A DNA stretch of 64,000 bases from contig NMRA01000009.1 in assembly GCA_002633005.1 (NCBI GenBank), forward strand, positions 1,929,366 through 1,993,365, read 5' to 3'. The DNA is from Phoronis australis. Lineage: Eukaryota > Animalia > Phoronida. The notes beneath the pieces are model-generated. The model ran no database searches. It worked only from the letters and a program-made list of their open reading frames with translations, and was not told where the DNA came from. The first letter of the stretch is position 1; the number at the start of each line of letters is the position of its first letter. The translations under genes and the position numbers were made by a program. Below, in pieces: positions 25,903 through 39,593 of this stretch.

Positions 25903-27335
25903 CTGTAAAGAGAGACGACTCCTTGTCTTGATTACCTCGTATGTGTTGCTAGGTGATAAATTATTCCATTGCAACGATTTCTACCACCACCACCACTGTC
26001 GCTATTGTCACCACAGCGGCAGCGACGCAGCGGCAGCGGCCGCAACAGCAGCAACTTGTGTTGAATATCTCATTTAGATATTTGCATTTTTTCTACGAAT
26101 ATGCTTCACCCATCAAATATTTTCGCCGGAGCCACTCTCTGTTTCTCTCTGTCTCTCCCCTCCCCTCTCTCCCTCCCTGCATTTATCCGTCCCAGCCTCC
26201 CTGACACCGTTCCGTCCTCCCTCCAACCCTCCCTCCTCCTCCCTCCTTCCCTAAGCCTCCCTCACTCCCTCCCTCTTTTCCTGCCCTCTTTGGCTCTCAC
26301 CTCTCCCTCTCCACCAACTATTTGGTTAGTTCAACATCAGCACGCCATGATTGCTGGAATATGAATCGTCTTTAATGAGCTTTCATGGGAGGTATGAGTA
26401 TTGTTTTCGTTTGATAAGTGTCTACACATTCGTCATCACTTACATGAACACTTCCGCTGCCGGAATCGACTCTTTACCTGACTGTGGTTAATAATAAACA
26501 GGTCGTGACCACAAGAACACTGACGTATATTACTGGTATCGGTTTGTACCCAGTACGCCTACAACTACTGGCGATTATTTCATTTACCGGGAATTATGCA
26601 AAATTGCCCTTTTGTCACTTAATATACAAGAAAGTTGTTTTAATAGAAAATTTCCACAACGCACATTAAGAAGTATTCAATATTTTGACCAAACGCGTAC
26701 AGCGACCAAAGAGGGACGGACAGCATCATGATTTTTATGTACACTTGTTTCTTTGATATAGCTGTGTTGCGAAAGATGCAGTATCTATCGTTAGAGTAGA
26801 TTTTCAGTACTTATATTACACGTCTAGCAATATACGTATTAAAAGTAATGTGCGTAATTTGTGAACCTGCATCAAATACACTGCGCGCATAAAACCGGGT
26901 CGAGAGCATCCACTCAGACACGTGTCAAGTGGGCGCGAAAGATGAAGATAGCTCATCCTTAAAGATTCGCTTAAAACGGCGATTCGGGCTTAAAACTCAA
27001 TTAAGTTACCATACTGGTAGTTTTGATGCATATTCACACATTTAAAACAGGACACGTGGTATATAAAGGAATCAACAAGAATAAAGACTGCGTGGCTGTA
27101 GTTCAGATAAAGATCAACTGTGTCCAATAATTTGAAACAGTCTCTCGACGGCAAGAACTACATAACTTAGCATCATTATTGCCAAACTCAAAATGCTCAC
27201 ATGACAATCATAGTGAATATTCTTCAACTATTAGTATAGTCCAAAAACACGTTTGAATTTCTATGGACTGTAATTCGAAGCCCTGGCTTACAATGACAAG
27301 GCTACAATAAAAAAACAAATGACTGCAAAACTTAC
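25903..27335 (-). other. Putative 5'UTR intron of the GPCR
   Basis: Minus-strand acceptor 'ctctttacag|aattc' (CAG at 25905-25903), 40 nt upstream of the ATG. Strong donor 'cag|gtaagt' at 27335; an alternative donor 'cag|gtaaag' lies near 26478. No transcript evidence. Confidence 0.35.
26140..26312. repeat. Low-complexity polypyrimidine (CCCT/CT) tract
   Basis: Visible CT-rich sequence. Confidence 0.9.
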
Positions 27336-28038
27336 CTGTCTCAGGTGCGCACATTCCCATGACTGCAGATGTTAACTGCATTCGCCCGTGACGAGTGTAG
27401 ATATTTTATGCACTCAGGAACGTGACGTAGCAGGGACGTCTCATGTGTTGGGTATTGTGATAGTTTCTCAACAAGCCTGGGTCATTGCCAGTGTCCGTTG
27501 TATTAGCAAGTCATTGTCACCGTCAGGTTTCACACAACTGTCAAGTAAAATTTTTATCATGATGAGCGGCCACGTCTCAACACTGGCCAGAGATAAACAC
27601 AGATGGAGAAGAAAATCTTGGACCGATACGAAAGGACAGAGATACCCCTTGATCGGCTTCCATAGCGAGCTTCTGAGTAATTCACTGGAAAAAATCTCTA
27701 TTCCAAAGGAACCTCACTGTATGTACCTTCATTAATTATTAGTGTGCACTGTGCCCATAACACTTGAATGTAAAGTACAGCAGTCCCAGACAACTAACAT
27801 ATTCACCATAACTTAGTTGTTCTTAAGGTAATGGAAGACCGAATCCACCAGTCTGTGTATTTTTCAAAATAATTAAAAATATAAATTTTAACCCAGTAAA
27901 AGTAAAAGGCCTGTAGAATTATTTTGTTCCAATTTGCCGTTTATTGGGTCACATGTCCATGATGTTTTGGTAAAATGAAGCAATAAGGTACAATCACAGC
28001 AAAATTAGGGTATCAATAACATGGTCGAATTGTATTTG

Positions 28039-28040
<2 letters not shown>

Positions 28041-28083
<43 letters not shown>

Positions 28084-28085
28084 CA
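28041..28085. repeat. (CA)n microsatellite
   Basis: Direct observation. Confidence 0.98.
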
Positions 28086-30398
28086 AAAGATGAAATCTCA
28101 AAAACAATGAAAGCCATAGTGCAACTGTTGAATGTTTTGAAGACAATTCCTAACGACGTTTAGCGTTTAGAAGAACAGTACATCAAGTATGTGAAGGTTT
28201 CAAAAGAATCCAATCCGTCACTTTTGAGATGATAATCCGAAGTAACCCAAATTTGGACATTTTTGTAGGGTCTTACAAATGCATTACATAGCGAAAGCTT
28301 AGTTTTCGTCAAACGTGAGGTTTGTGAGAGAACTTAAACTTAGACTTATAGATAATGAATTAAAAGTCGTATTATTTTAACGAAGATCATATTTTAGCTA
28401 GAGTTCTGTTGGAGTTAGAGTATAGTTCCTCACTTACGCACACATGAACGCGTACGCACGCAAACACGTACACGCACAGTCATACATACAGTTAATTTGC
28501 ACTTCCTGAAAGGAAGGCATTTGGCACGGCTTCATTTTTAAATCTCAATAGAAGGTACAGCAACTTATTACTGCATTTGATTCATCAAAATTCTATTTTT
28601 ACGTTACCGTGAATGTACGATCAAAGGCAGCCTAGCTATCAATATGTCACACAGGTCACTCGCAGGTATTTCGGTTGTCAAACGATGATGACGTTTTAGT
28701 ATGTGATATATGGCCTAAAGTGAATTAATTAGTGATTTTTTTCTTTTCGTCTAAATAAATCTACATCGGATTCCGAACTACTTGTTACAGCCCACGCACA
28801 CGAATTACATGTATTTTTATAGAAAATTAGTGTGCTGTTTCATGTCACGAATTTGCCATTTTCATTGAAAATCAACTGGGATCGACCCATTATCCAGCGA
28901 GACCAGACAGCTCATTTCCATGTCATTCGAGTTGCTTATAGCAGAAGTGTAATCGAGTGAAGACAATTGAGCACGGACTACTATCTTGAGCAGTCAAGTA
29001 GCTGGATTCAATTAGGGTGCATAAACTCAATAGTGAACCGATTTTTATGGCTCGAACACCGATTTCGTTTTATTTGTTATGTTCTACCTATTTCTGGAAT
29101 ATTTTTTTCTTGAAAATGCGTAGCTTTCCAAAAAGCAGTTTTATACTTTGATTAGCAAAATTGTTTATTACATATGACCCTGCTCGCAACGTTCGGTTAA
29201 CTCTGTAAGTCCCTTTGAACACAGTATGAATGATGATCGCCGGTCAATTTTCAGTTCAGATGTCTCTGCTTTAGCGTGGCGCATAATGACCGGAATACCT
29301 GGTTCTTGCCAGTTCATTAGGAGATGTTGAAGTCAATGCAAATGTCAAATCCAATGACTATGCGCCCATCCCATTACGAACACAATTTAACGCTGAAAAA
29401 CTAGAGCTAGAGCTCGCGTGAACCGAGGCTCATGACATTGTCCATTATAACAGAGGGGTCGAGTGGCAAACGAATTACGCGCTCTCTCATACACACATCA
29501 TTCTGATAAGCGCCGTAGTGTGTACATGAACAAGTTAAGTCACCTATGCTCAGGCAGGTTATACAGTAGAGGTTGGGACGTGTCAACAAAGAACCACAAA
29601 GAGTTGCCATGCGGGGAGAGTAGTTCACTGATGTTTGCCTTTCAAACAATGAAAACTTTCAATGTCCAATGCCAAATTTAGTTTTATTCAACATTGTCTA
29701 GAATGGGCGGCATCCAAAGTTACCACGAACAGGCAGCAGCCATCGATGCCACTCATAGCTGTTCCCAATGTTCAGTCAAAAGAGCACACTAAATTCCAAG
29801 CGCTGCGGTACATGTAAGTGCCTAATCCATTCCTCGGTCTTGTCATGGCGTGCCTTGCGCCAAAAATGGTCTCCCGAAATAACGAACAATCAGTTCTTCG
29901 AAAGCCCACAATTCTCTTGTCATCTCAGTAAGAGACAAGGTGATGGCTGATTTTTGTAGCTACAGTTAATGGTCTGAATCGAAACTTTGCTTCTTTGATG
30001 GAACGTAGGCTTAAAACCACTTCCATTGTTTGTTTTTGAAGTGCAGGTTCTAGGGCAAGTTCTAGTCATTATCAATGTTGGTAAAATGTACTTACCATTA
30101 ATGATTTTGTTCATATTCCAAGGGTTGTCTCTTTCTAATGTATTCACCCTCCCATGAGCAGTTGACTAAAAGCAAGCTCCAGAAATATCACGCCAGAGAG
30201 GGTTTACCGTCAGGCACAAAACTGAAAATGGCGACAGTGTTTAATCACACAGCAGCTTATGAATCCCATCTCGTTATTCTCAATAACTGAATTAAAATGA
30301 TCCAATGAAAGCCTTTGAGATATTATGTAATGAGATCACGGTTGTGCCGGTGGAGGCTAATAGAAATTATCAGTCATTAAACAAGAAGATATTGAATT

Positions 30399-31790
30399 TT
30401 AGTCACCGGCATTTGTTTGTGTATTGTCAACGTTTGGAGCGTAATCCATCCGCGTTAAATGGTCAATACTATTCGGCGAACGACAACGATGGTTGCGGTG
30501 AAACATCCGTCTCCTGAATGCCTTGGAAAGGGAGGGGAAGGGGGCTTGGCTGAAGTTGTATATAAAAAGATTCGCATCATAGTTTACTGTTATCAGCACA
30601 AAAGCTATCAGACTCACTACCTCTGTCGTAGGCGAAACGAGATCTGGACGAAATATTTCTATCGCTGTCAAATTGGCAAAGGTAGCCAGTTACGTAGATC
30701 TGAATTGTATCGACAAATCTTTGCATTTAGCCAAATATCTGAAAAACTATCAATTTTAACTTATTAAGTAGGAAGTAGAAACCATGAAGATTTAGATTTT
30801 TGATATTTTACCAATATGTCATTAATTGAGACACGTAACTGTATTTTAGTAAAATTTAGCAAAAAAGGAAAAATGAATAGCAAAAATAACGGTATCACCG
30901 GTAGATGGCCTCGCGTCATTGTAAGACTGACTGACGGTGATATCGTGAAATCTTAATGAACTGTGCGTAGGTGCGCGTACGTGCAGCCAACCACCTTGTG
31001 GCATTTGAACGTAGCGCCTGCGAACCGTAAGTTACGGTCAGTGCTCAAGCCGATACGGTGTGCTTTGGACGCCTACTTGCCTCTAATTTTAACACTACAG
31101 CACTGCTGTGCGTACAAACAACACATAAATATCAAAGGGATGAATATAAAAATAAAACAGTGTATGTTGGTAAGAACGGCATATTCTACACGAAAAGCTT
31201 TTCGAAATGTCTATTCCACTCCCGTGAAAAATGTATGCATCCCAAATATGGGCAAGAACCCGATTGTGACGTTATCAATCCATATGCAAGTGGTTTCACC
31301 AGTCGCCAGTAAGTAAATAAAAGGCCGGTAATGTGAGAGTATATGTTTGTACTTAAAGTAGGCAATACAGTAAGGCCGGAAGAGGAAGTCAGACCCCTTT
31401 ACGGCAATGGCGTAAACTAACCGAGGAACTCAGTGGTGATTGATAAACACCTATCTATAGGCATTCCAAATAAGAACAACAAGGATGCAATCAGTGAGGT
31501 ATACGGCAAACGGTAGCGTAAAAAGCAAAAATCCGTATTTTTAGGCTTGTCGGCATTTGCAAAACTATCCGTAGAGGGGAGTAGTGATTTCCACCACGAC
31601 TTTAGCCAGGGTCATGTTAAATGTGTTGCACGTTGTCCGAAGTCTATTTTTCAAACATCGCAAATTATAAAATGTCTTGGTTATTTCCTTATCTATCGTC
31701 AGGGATACTGTAGGAAGAAGAACGATTTATGATATTTTCAACGAATTCTATTTCTAGTGTTACTATTTCGCTAGTGCTACTCCAATACAT
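30399..31790 (-). pseudogene. Pseudogene paralog of the 24876-25862 GPCR, with frameshifts, stops and a ~350-bp insertion in TM6
   Basis: Start MYWSSTSEIV vs MRWNNSTEIL; LRTTCN vs LRTSCN; TCIWIDNVTIGFLPIFGMH vs TCIWVFSLSVGIIPMFGVH; FRKAFRVEY vs FRKVFREEY; IEIFRPDLVSPTTEVVSLIAFVL..N..IYNF vs IEIFRSDLVSSSTEILRLVAYAL..NPLIYNF. Shares 3' flank 'aacaagaagatat'. Non-homologous block at ~30685-31020. Confidence 0.9.
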
Positions 31791-32057
31791 GGTACAGGAA
31801 GTGGCGACGTTTCCATCAATCTTTCTTAATCTAACAGTCACGTTAAAAATACGAATTCGAGATTACAAGCCAGGCGTTTTTAAAACCAAAAAGAATTTAT
31901 TTCACATGATATAAATCATTCGACAACACCACTGCAATATTCCGAAAGCTCATTACCGTCTCTTGTTTGGGGCATTTTACATTGATTTTCTGGACGGATT
32001 TGTGTGATATTGCTTGCCTGGAATGCGTTTTACTGTGTAACTTTCAAGACTAAGTGG

Positions 32058-32345
32058 AAGGAGGAGGGAGGGGCAGAGAGTTGAAAGATGGACGCGGAGT
32101 GCGATGGAGAAAGGGAAAGGGAGGGGTAGGGGAGAGGGAGGGGTGAGGGAGCAACTGAAGATGGACGTAGAGTGCGAGAGGGGAGGGGGAGAGGGAGGGT
32201 GGAGCTAGGGAGAGACTAGTTATGGACAGAGAGTGCAGATGGACGTAGAGTGCGAAAGGGGAGGGGGTGGGAGAGAGAGACTGAAGGTGGACTTAGAGTG
32301 CGAGAGGGGAGGGGATCGAGACGGAGGGGAAGAGCGAGGGAGAGA
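32058..32345. repeat. Purine-rich minisatellite (about five units of 'gatggacgtagagtgcga' + GA-rich spacer)
   Basis: The core recurs at ~32087, 32160, 32222, 32238 and 32287, separated by GGGA/GAG runs. Confidence 0.8.
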
Positions 32346-33024
32346 ATAAATATGTTAATACATGTTCGTTCAGGATACGAATAAGCGATGAATCTTAAAA
32401 GTTGCTTCACCATCAATAAACCATAATGCAGCAAACAAATTTGCCTTTATTGCCTTTCTCTGAAATATCTTCTTTCAGAGACATCCGTGCAACTTACTTG
32501 AGGATGTTCAAACGGCCAGTTTTATAATCAAATATATAAACCATTATCTGTTAATAGAGATGCATTCCTCAAACATGTTTCCAATTTGTGAAGACAAATG
32601 AACGGCGTCCGTGAGCTATATTTATAGATACTCGAGCCATGTTTACGCTTCGTAAGTGTATTTGCTGCGAGCAGGCCAGTGAGACGTTTCACGAATGCAG
32701 AGCTACATATTCATCCATGGTAAATACGCGAACGCCGTTGTTCGGGTAGCCTGATATATTTAGGGTTAGAGGCTTATTATTTTTTCATGGGTGCTTATTT
32801 AATTTGTTATGCAATACGAAGTCCGTCTGGATTATTGAATGGTTGAAATTCATATCCAATAAAGTATACCGTATACTATAATTTCATAAATTGATCAAAC
32901 ATAGCGTTCGATATTAATTCGCGTGATTCCCCTGTATTGTACATTTTTCAGTGCCGAAGAACGTCACTGACCAACGAGTAACCAGTGGTACAAGGATTAC
33001 GTATAGATTTCTATTCTCAACAAG

Positions 33025-33280
33025 ATGATGGACCTCGGTGATTTTAGGTTACTACGAGTTCACAACCCTTTGGTGTTACCTCGGGTGCAGGCAAAAGAGA
33101 CATCTTGCGATCGGGCGACCTTCATTCTAACACTGAAACAGTGCTGTCAGGCGAATGCACAGGCGTACGATTACGATTTCTGGGTGTCAACTATAGTGAA
33201 AGACGACGTGGGGTGTTGAGGAAATATTTAATGACTTGAGTAAAGAAGAGCAGGCTTATTTGATGGATGGGGAACGGGAT
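33025..33280 (+). pseudogene. TRPV-like pseudogene, exon A
   Basis: DRATFILTLKQCCQA...YDYDFWVSTIVKDDV/GVEEIFNDLSKEEQAYLMDGE vs intact DRASFIASLKHCYQA...FDYNFWISTIAKDSVDGVEEIFKDLTDEERFYLMNGE. A 2-nt deletion gives TGA at 33217, and the donor reads ATTAGT instead of GTTAGT. Confidence 0.9.
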
Positions 33281-34039
33281 ATTAGTACATTATGGGGCCT
33301 TTAATCATGAAACAATTGCACGGTCATTATATGGACCATCACACGCCTGGGTTCTGCCAAAAATAACTGTGACTAGATAGAAGACGCAATGTTAGCAAAT
33401 TAGTACCTATTTGGTTTTCTCCGGGATGAGACGGCCTCTCTGGGTTTAGATTGAATTAGCAGATTTTTATTCTGTTTGAGGACGTACGAGGCTGGAAATA
33501 GGCTGAGAACGAACCATGCAGGATGAAGAAAATGGTTAATACAAGGGCGATATTGTTCAGTTACGTTCCGTACAATGACGAACCTGCGTTGTCAATGGGA
33601 ACTACATTATTTAATGTGGTTCATACGGATGATCTTATGATGCCGTATGCTTCCATGATTGTCTGGTACCACTGAATGGTCTCTGTCAGTAACGGTTATG
33701 TTTTGACTGAAAGCGAATGCCTAATAATTTGAAAGTCAAGTTTAATGACTTATGCAGTTTGCGGTAAACTGAATCTCATCTAGACATAGTTTGAAGCACC
33801 GTGGGTGCCGTGCCTGTTTCACCCAAAAGATTCTTTGACTATTGAAATTGTTTAAAATGTTTTTCAAGCACACCCTTATTTTCAAGCACACGATATCATT
33901 TTTTCAAAATTCACGATTTAGTAAAGATCTTAAAATGTAGTGTTAATGTCTCTGTGTATCAACATAATGGCCACTAATTTCATTAAAAACGTAAAATATA
34001 ATTTAATTTGAGAGAATTTGTTTTTATGTTTACTTTCAG

Positions 34040-34237
34040 ATCAAACCTGGAACATCTTTTGAAAATTTACCCAACATGAACAACACGTTAACGATGTTTG
34101 CTGGGAAAGAAAATTGTTAAAGAAGTTGTTCCCAGTCGGACTGTCGAGATCTCTTCTGACTGCAGTTTTTACGAGATCTAAACAAATCGTTGAGTGGTTT
34201 CTACTGCACAACGCCGATTCTTTTGTTAAAGACGGAG
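34040..34237 (+). pseudogene. TRPV-like pseudogene, exon B
   Basis: Acceptor tttcag|atcaaa. IKPGTSFENLPNMNNTLTMF/WERKLLKKLFPVGLSRSLLTAVFTRSKQIVEWFLLHNADSFVKDG matches intact exon B. 1-nt frameshift; the donor position reads ATAGGT. Confidence 0.9.
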
Positions 34238-34523
34238 ATAGGTTGTACGAATACTGTTGAAGAAAGTATCGTACGAGACATGTATATTTCAAAAACACTT
34301 TTTGAATTAAGTGAAACCGTAAATTTATGTCATCTTGATGTGTGCACTTATCGTCGCCTAGACCCTAATTCTTGAATTTGGGTCCTTCCCAGAACTCCAT
34401 TTAACTCGCAGTCCGACAGAGGGGGTGAACAGTCTGCCTAGGTTAAATTTCCTCTAGGTTTAGTAGATAGCAGGAATGACGTCTCATTATCACAGATCAT
34501 GTGGTTATTATTGATAATCAGTG

Positions 34524-36010
34524 CAGTCCCGTAGACAGGGGGACTCGAGCGAAACCTTTCTGCGGAAAAAGATCCAACCCTAGCCTATCCGACCTGATAA
34601 GGTAGGATATAGATGGACAACAACAACAAAATTGTTGCAGCTACTAGCACTACTAAAATCAATCATAACCACGTTAAAGATGTTATGTCTCATTAATCTG
34701 TGAATATGAAAATGATGTACTAGTTTACAAACAACCCGGGTCTTTCGGTGTGCCGGAAACCATTCGAAGGTTCGCTAACTCCGAAGATTCACAACTCCAA
34801 AGATTCGCCACTTTCGTAAGTTCGAATGTCCACAATTCCGAAACCGGAACTCGCACAGTTCATTACTCTGATTGTCTGCTTGAATAAGTCGGAATTGACA
34901 TGAATAACGTATTATACTTGCTTCCAATTAGTACCCATTTAAAGGGTGTACAAGAGTTGAATAGTTCTTAAAACAAATTTGATTACACAAACGAGCTCAG
35001 TTCCAGTCACTGCCAATCGTAATTCTTGAATTTAACTAAAGACTCATTCTCAATTAAGGACAACATCTGGGGCACGGGTCCGGGCTGAGGCGACCAGCTG
35101 TGGTTTTAAATTTAAGAAGACTGAATGAGACTTTCGTGAAGACTGTCACGGACAGGATAGCTTACAAACTACATTTGGTTTCGACCCGATCGTAGGAGTA
35201 ATTCCGGTGGGTGAGCATGAGAGGCAGCTCCGGTAAACTGAGATAATGAGATCTTGATATGGATTTGATGAATGTACTGTGGTAGATAATTAATCACTAT
35301 ACCTACTTCATATTCCTTTAGAAATGCAAGTACGTACTCATTTTTACGTATTTGAAAGACATGCAGGCAATTTCGCACGCGCATGAAATCTAAACAAAGT
35401 GATTTAATACCCGGGGGTTGTTTTCGGTATAGTTGCATCTTATAACCGGAGTGTCGTTTATGTTTGCATGTAAAAGTATAACAACAACACCTGAGTCCGA
35501 AAGTTTAAATATTATCGAAATAGTGAACCTTTGGAGTAGTGAACCTTCGAAATACTGAGCCTTCGGAATAGTGGGCGGTTCCCATTTCCAGCGATGTAAG
35601 CGATGCGTAACCCTCAAAAATGCAATCACATGAAAACTCACGTCAAGTCATTCTACAACTAATTTTTTTCCGTCTGAGTATACAATAAGGTGTAATCACT
35701 CATTTAAACACGCCTGATTTGAAAGTTTGGCAGGAGTTAACGCGAGAGCGTTCTATTTATGGACCACAATACCTCCGAATTTGAGTCCCGTTCTTTGCGA
35801 GCAACCGTCACGGCATCCTCATTTCTGGTATTACGAATTCTGTTTTATCTCAGGAACATAGAACTGAGAGCCATCGTTGCCGTGGATACAAATTTCCCTT
35901 CCACATGCTTAAGCTGTGTTTTCGGTAACGCGCTCTAGTGTCGACGTTTGAAAAATGTCAAAGGTCCACCTTTTTGAAATTCGAACCACCCCCTGCGCAA
36001 CGTGGGCCTG
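34524..36010 (+). mobile_element. Non-autonomous hAT-like element with a nested subterminal-repeat MITE (~34760-35585)
   Basis: Ends 'cagtcccgtagacagg' and 'caacgtgggcctg'. The left end is homologous to the 16960 element. Short 'ttcgaagg/ccgaag' repeats at ~34760-34840 are mirrored at ~35520-35575. Confidence 0.45.
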
Positions 36011-36256
36011 GTACTTCACGTCATGCAATAATCATAAAGATATATCATACAACTTGCGAGCTGCAAGACACTACCCTCCTAAGCTGCCAACCGGGAATGA
36101 TAACACAGTTTCGGCGACTACTGACGGTATTGCCATTCCCGGCGTCGTCACGGTCAGCACCAATACATGTAAGCCACTGGGTAGTGTCTGCTGGACAGAC
36201 AGCCAGAGTAGCTAGCCCCTGCCTGGAGTTATGATTTTCTAGCTGTAGTCCAAACC

Positions 36257-36873
36257 GTTCTGCAGCACACTGAAGGTTGGTTTTCCTAGTGTCATAATTT
36301 GGGCAAAGACATTAATCGGGCGACAAAAGCACGGCACCCGACCTCCACTCGCAAACATGACAGCTCCAACTTCTTTCATCGTACTTCCATCTTAAAGTCC
36401 TTGTTGCAAACTGCCCATGTGGTTCTAGTATCCGAAAATACTTACTACATAAATTCTTATTTTCGACACCCTTTCTTTATATTCTTTTCGCCTTTCTTGC
36501 CAAAAGCGATTTTTTAACAGTATTTGACCCTTCTCTCTGAGCGTATGATTACCGGTTGTCATCGNGTTCTGCAGCACACTGAAGGTTGGTTTTCCTAGTG
36601 TCATAATTTGGGCAAAGACATTGATCGGGCGACAAAAGCACGGCACCCGACCTCCACTCGCAAACATGACAGCTCCAACTTCTTTCATCGTACTTCCATC
36701 TTAAAGTCCTTGTTGCAAACTGCCCATGTGGTTCTAGTATCCGAAAATACTTACTACACAAATTCTTATTTTCGACACCCTTTCTTTATATTCTTTTCGC
36801 CTTTCTTGCCAAAAGCGATTTTTTAACAGTATTTGACCCTTCTCTCTGAGCGTATGATTACCGGTTGTCATCG
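36257..36873. repeat. Near-identical ~308-bp duplication joined by a single N (36565); probable assembly artefact
   Basis: 36257-36564 is repeated at 36566-36873 with only a couple of SNPs visible. Confidence 0.85.
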
Positions 36874-36959
36874 GTTATTTCCGTACCCACATTTCCGGCT
36901 CATCAGTTCAGGGTCGGTACTTCTTGGATCCTTATAACATTTTCTAACCGTGTAATAAG

Positions 36960-37240
36960 GGTTAACAACGCGTGAGACAAGGACTTTAACGACTCATATC
37001 GTGTTTTCTTCCTTTCGTATGCGCAGCACATGTTCCCATCCCACGGAACAGTCAGCTCGATCACCAATACTCTTTAATTGCAAAAAGTCCGACCAGGTCA
37101 CAATGTCTGGGCACTCATTGGGCAAGGTAATATTGTTTAGGAATCGAAGAGCCAACCCCAAGTCATCCCTGACTTTCCAGTCACTGGCCCGCATCACAGC
37201 TTTAGGTGTTTTCTTGGCTTCTTGCATCATTTGGAGCTAA
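36960..37240 (-). mobile_element. Second HERO-like RLE LINE fragment
   Basis: Minus strand: ASDWKVRDDLG..LRF...ECPDIVTWS, then after a frameshift VIELTVPWDGNMCCAYERKKTRYESL. Confidence 0.75.
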
Positions 37241-39593
37241 GGCTCCCTCAGTGAATGAATTACATGGCACTGGAGGCCATACTCATTGGTTTTGTTTGAC
37301 AGCATTACAATTACCCAGTGGAGAAGTTTTCAAGTTTTGTGCAACCCATACCTGGTGTTGCAGTTGTTGAAGACCTTCTCTGCCTCTTCTGCTGAACTCA
37401 GCTATCAAAGAAATCTTCGTTGCTTCTCTCACTACTTACTATAAGCACCGAACTACGGGACACGATGTAAACAACGCTCTAAAGTCAAGCTTATTTGGAG
37501 AAAAGCCAACTTTTCCATGCCGTGACACATATTCACCTATGACGTCGTTATACTCTAGTTTCTTGGGTTGGTGAGCTCCTTCTAGTCTCATTTTCTATGG
37601 TTCTATAGGTTTGATTATCACAACTTGTGGTGCGGCCGAGTACAGAATAATAGCTGTCCGGAGAGTTGTCGACATTAATATATATTTAAAACACGCTTCT
37701 CTACCTACATGTAAGTCAACATCGGTGACCCAAGATACAGATGCCTTCCATAGTTTTGGGCAGTAAAGTCGTCTGCTTCGCTACATGTCTACGGAGCTCT
37801 ATTATTGATTGCTTGGTGCTGATTTTTCGGGGTCTTCTAGGTTTTTGCACGATTCCTTAAAACAATTCAAAAAAATGGGTGTATCGGTGTGGGAACATTC
37901 CATCTGTACTCGGTATTTTAGGCTTCGTTATTGTCGCCCTCTGTTGGATTGTATGCCTAACAGAACAGGGAATAATGGGAAAATGTCACGAGAATTGTGA
38001 TATGTTTTCTTTTTTCGCTTAGCTAAAACATAATTGAAATTTGGAACACACCAGCACAACATCGGTTGGTACAAACACCTGTAAAAGTAAATTCATTGTT
38101 GGTGTTTGGAGATTACAGAGTCATCCCATAAACTGTAACACATGGATCTAATGTACTAATTTAAGCTGATGAATTGCAGCGAATTCACATGTGTTTCTGT
38201 AGACCCTCCCAAATTGCTTGATCGTACGCATGTGATTCTTAGTTGCTAACAGAAGAGGTATTTCTGAAGCATTTCCATTTAAAGACTGCTAGGCAACGCT
38301 AATTGTTTTTAAAGATTCTTCATTTCCTTTATCTCCAACAGTCACGAATATGAAAGAGTCTCGAAATACGTCAATAAAATAGAATTATTCGTAAATTACA
38401 AGCCTTTACAAAAATTATTCTGCCGTTTTGACTGTCATTTTCTAAAAATCAACTAAAATTCTGTAATACATACCGATAGCTAAACTGATGCCATGTTTAC
38501 AGAACATGATCTTGCAATAAAAGTTGACTACATGGGCTTGCGTTAAATATTAAATTGCTTTTTTCAATATTCATTTCATAAGCAGGAAATTGAATTAATC
38601 ATCCCATCGCTTGCATCAAATTGTGACTACAATTGAAAACAAGTTTGACGTTCATGTGGTTAACGATCAATGAGGTTGCTCACAACTAACCGAGTAAATC
38701 CGATTTCGCTCCGCTTTGTCTGCGTTTAATCGTAATTTGTAACTTAATAATTTACATATGTTATGCTCGCAGGTGGAAACAACAAAATTCGTGTTTCCGG
38801 AACACGACGAGTCCTATCGCTCCATTTACAAACTAGTGTGCCGATCGATTTCACAAAATACGACAGAGCTTCTGATGTCTGAAAACAGTGACGAGCTGAG
38901 ACCACTTGAACTAGCCTCCAAAGTTACAAGGTTTGGTATTTTTATTGACATTTTCAACACCGAAAATACCTACCGATTTACGAAAAAACAACAAAGATTA
39001 AATGACGTCGCAGAATACATTGGACAATGACTGAAAAACCGCAGGCACAAATCGCCTCTTCACATGCTGGATCGGAACACCTACGACCAACTGCAGAATA
39101 CAGAAGTTTCTCATGTACTCAGCACTCCGCCGTTTTCGTCGTGGATTCAAGTAAAAATTTCAGAGCTCTTTGGCTTGTTGATATTTTGGATGTATATTAA
39201 ACTGCTTTACGTAATATTTTTATGTGTTTGATGTTTTATTACTCTGTAGAAATATTTTCAAGACATGCAGCCATTCACGTTCCAAATGTGAACTGCACAA
39301 GCTTCAGCAAATGTACTTAAGGACTACCTCAGCAACGTTTGGAATACTTCTTTGGACAACACACTATATTCACAATTGCCATTGTAATCATGAGTTTGCG
39401 TTTCGCATTTTTTACGAATTGGTTAATAAAATTTTCGTAAAATGAACATCTTCAGGTAAGTAGTAGCAACCGACGTTTCCAGTCACGAGACGGTGACAGA
39501 CGGGCACCTTCCACATCGTTACTGATTTTTCGGAATCATCCTCACCGTTATTGTTCTGAGTGAAGCTAATTTAAAATTTCAATTCTTTTGCTA

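Noticed and set aside
25387-26364. Short ORFs overlapping or upstream of the GPCR (poly-His/Ala/Thr/Pro-Ser)
   Set aside because: Antisense shadows of the GPCR and translations of low-complexity repeats.
36257-36873. Apparent duplicated 72-aa ORFs
   Set aside because: Single-N join artefact, TTG starts and no recognisable protein motif.
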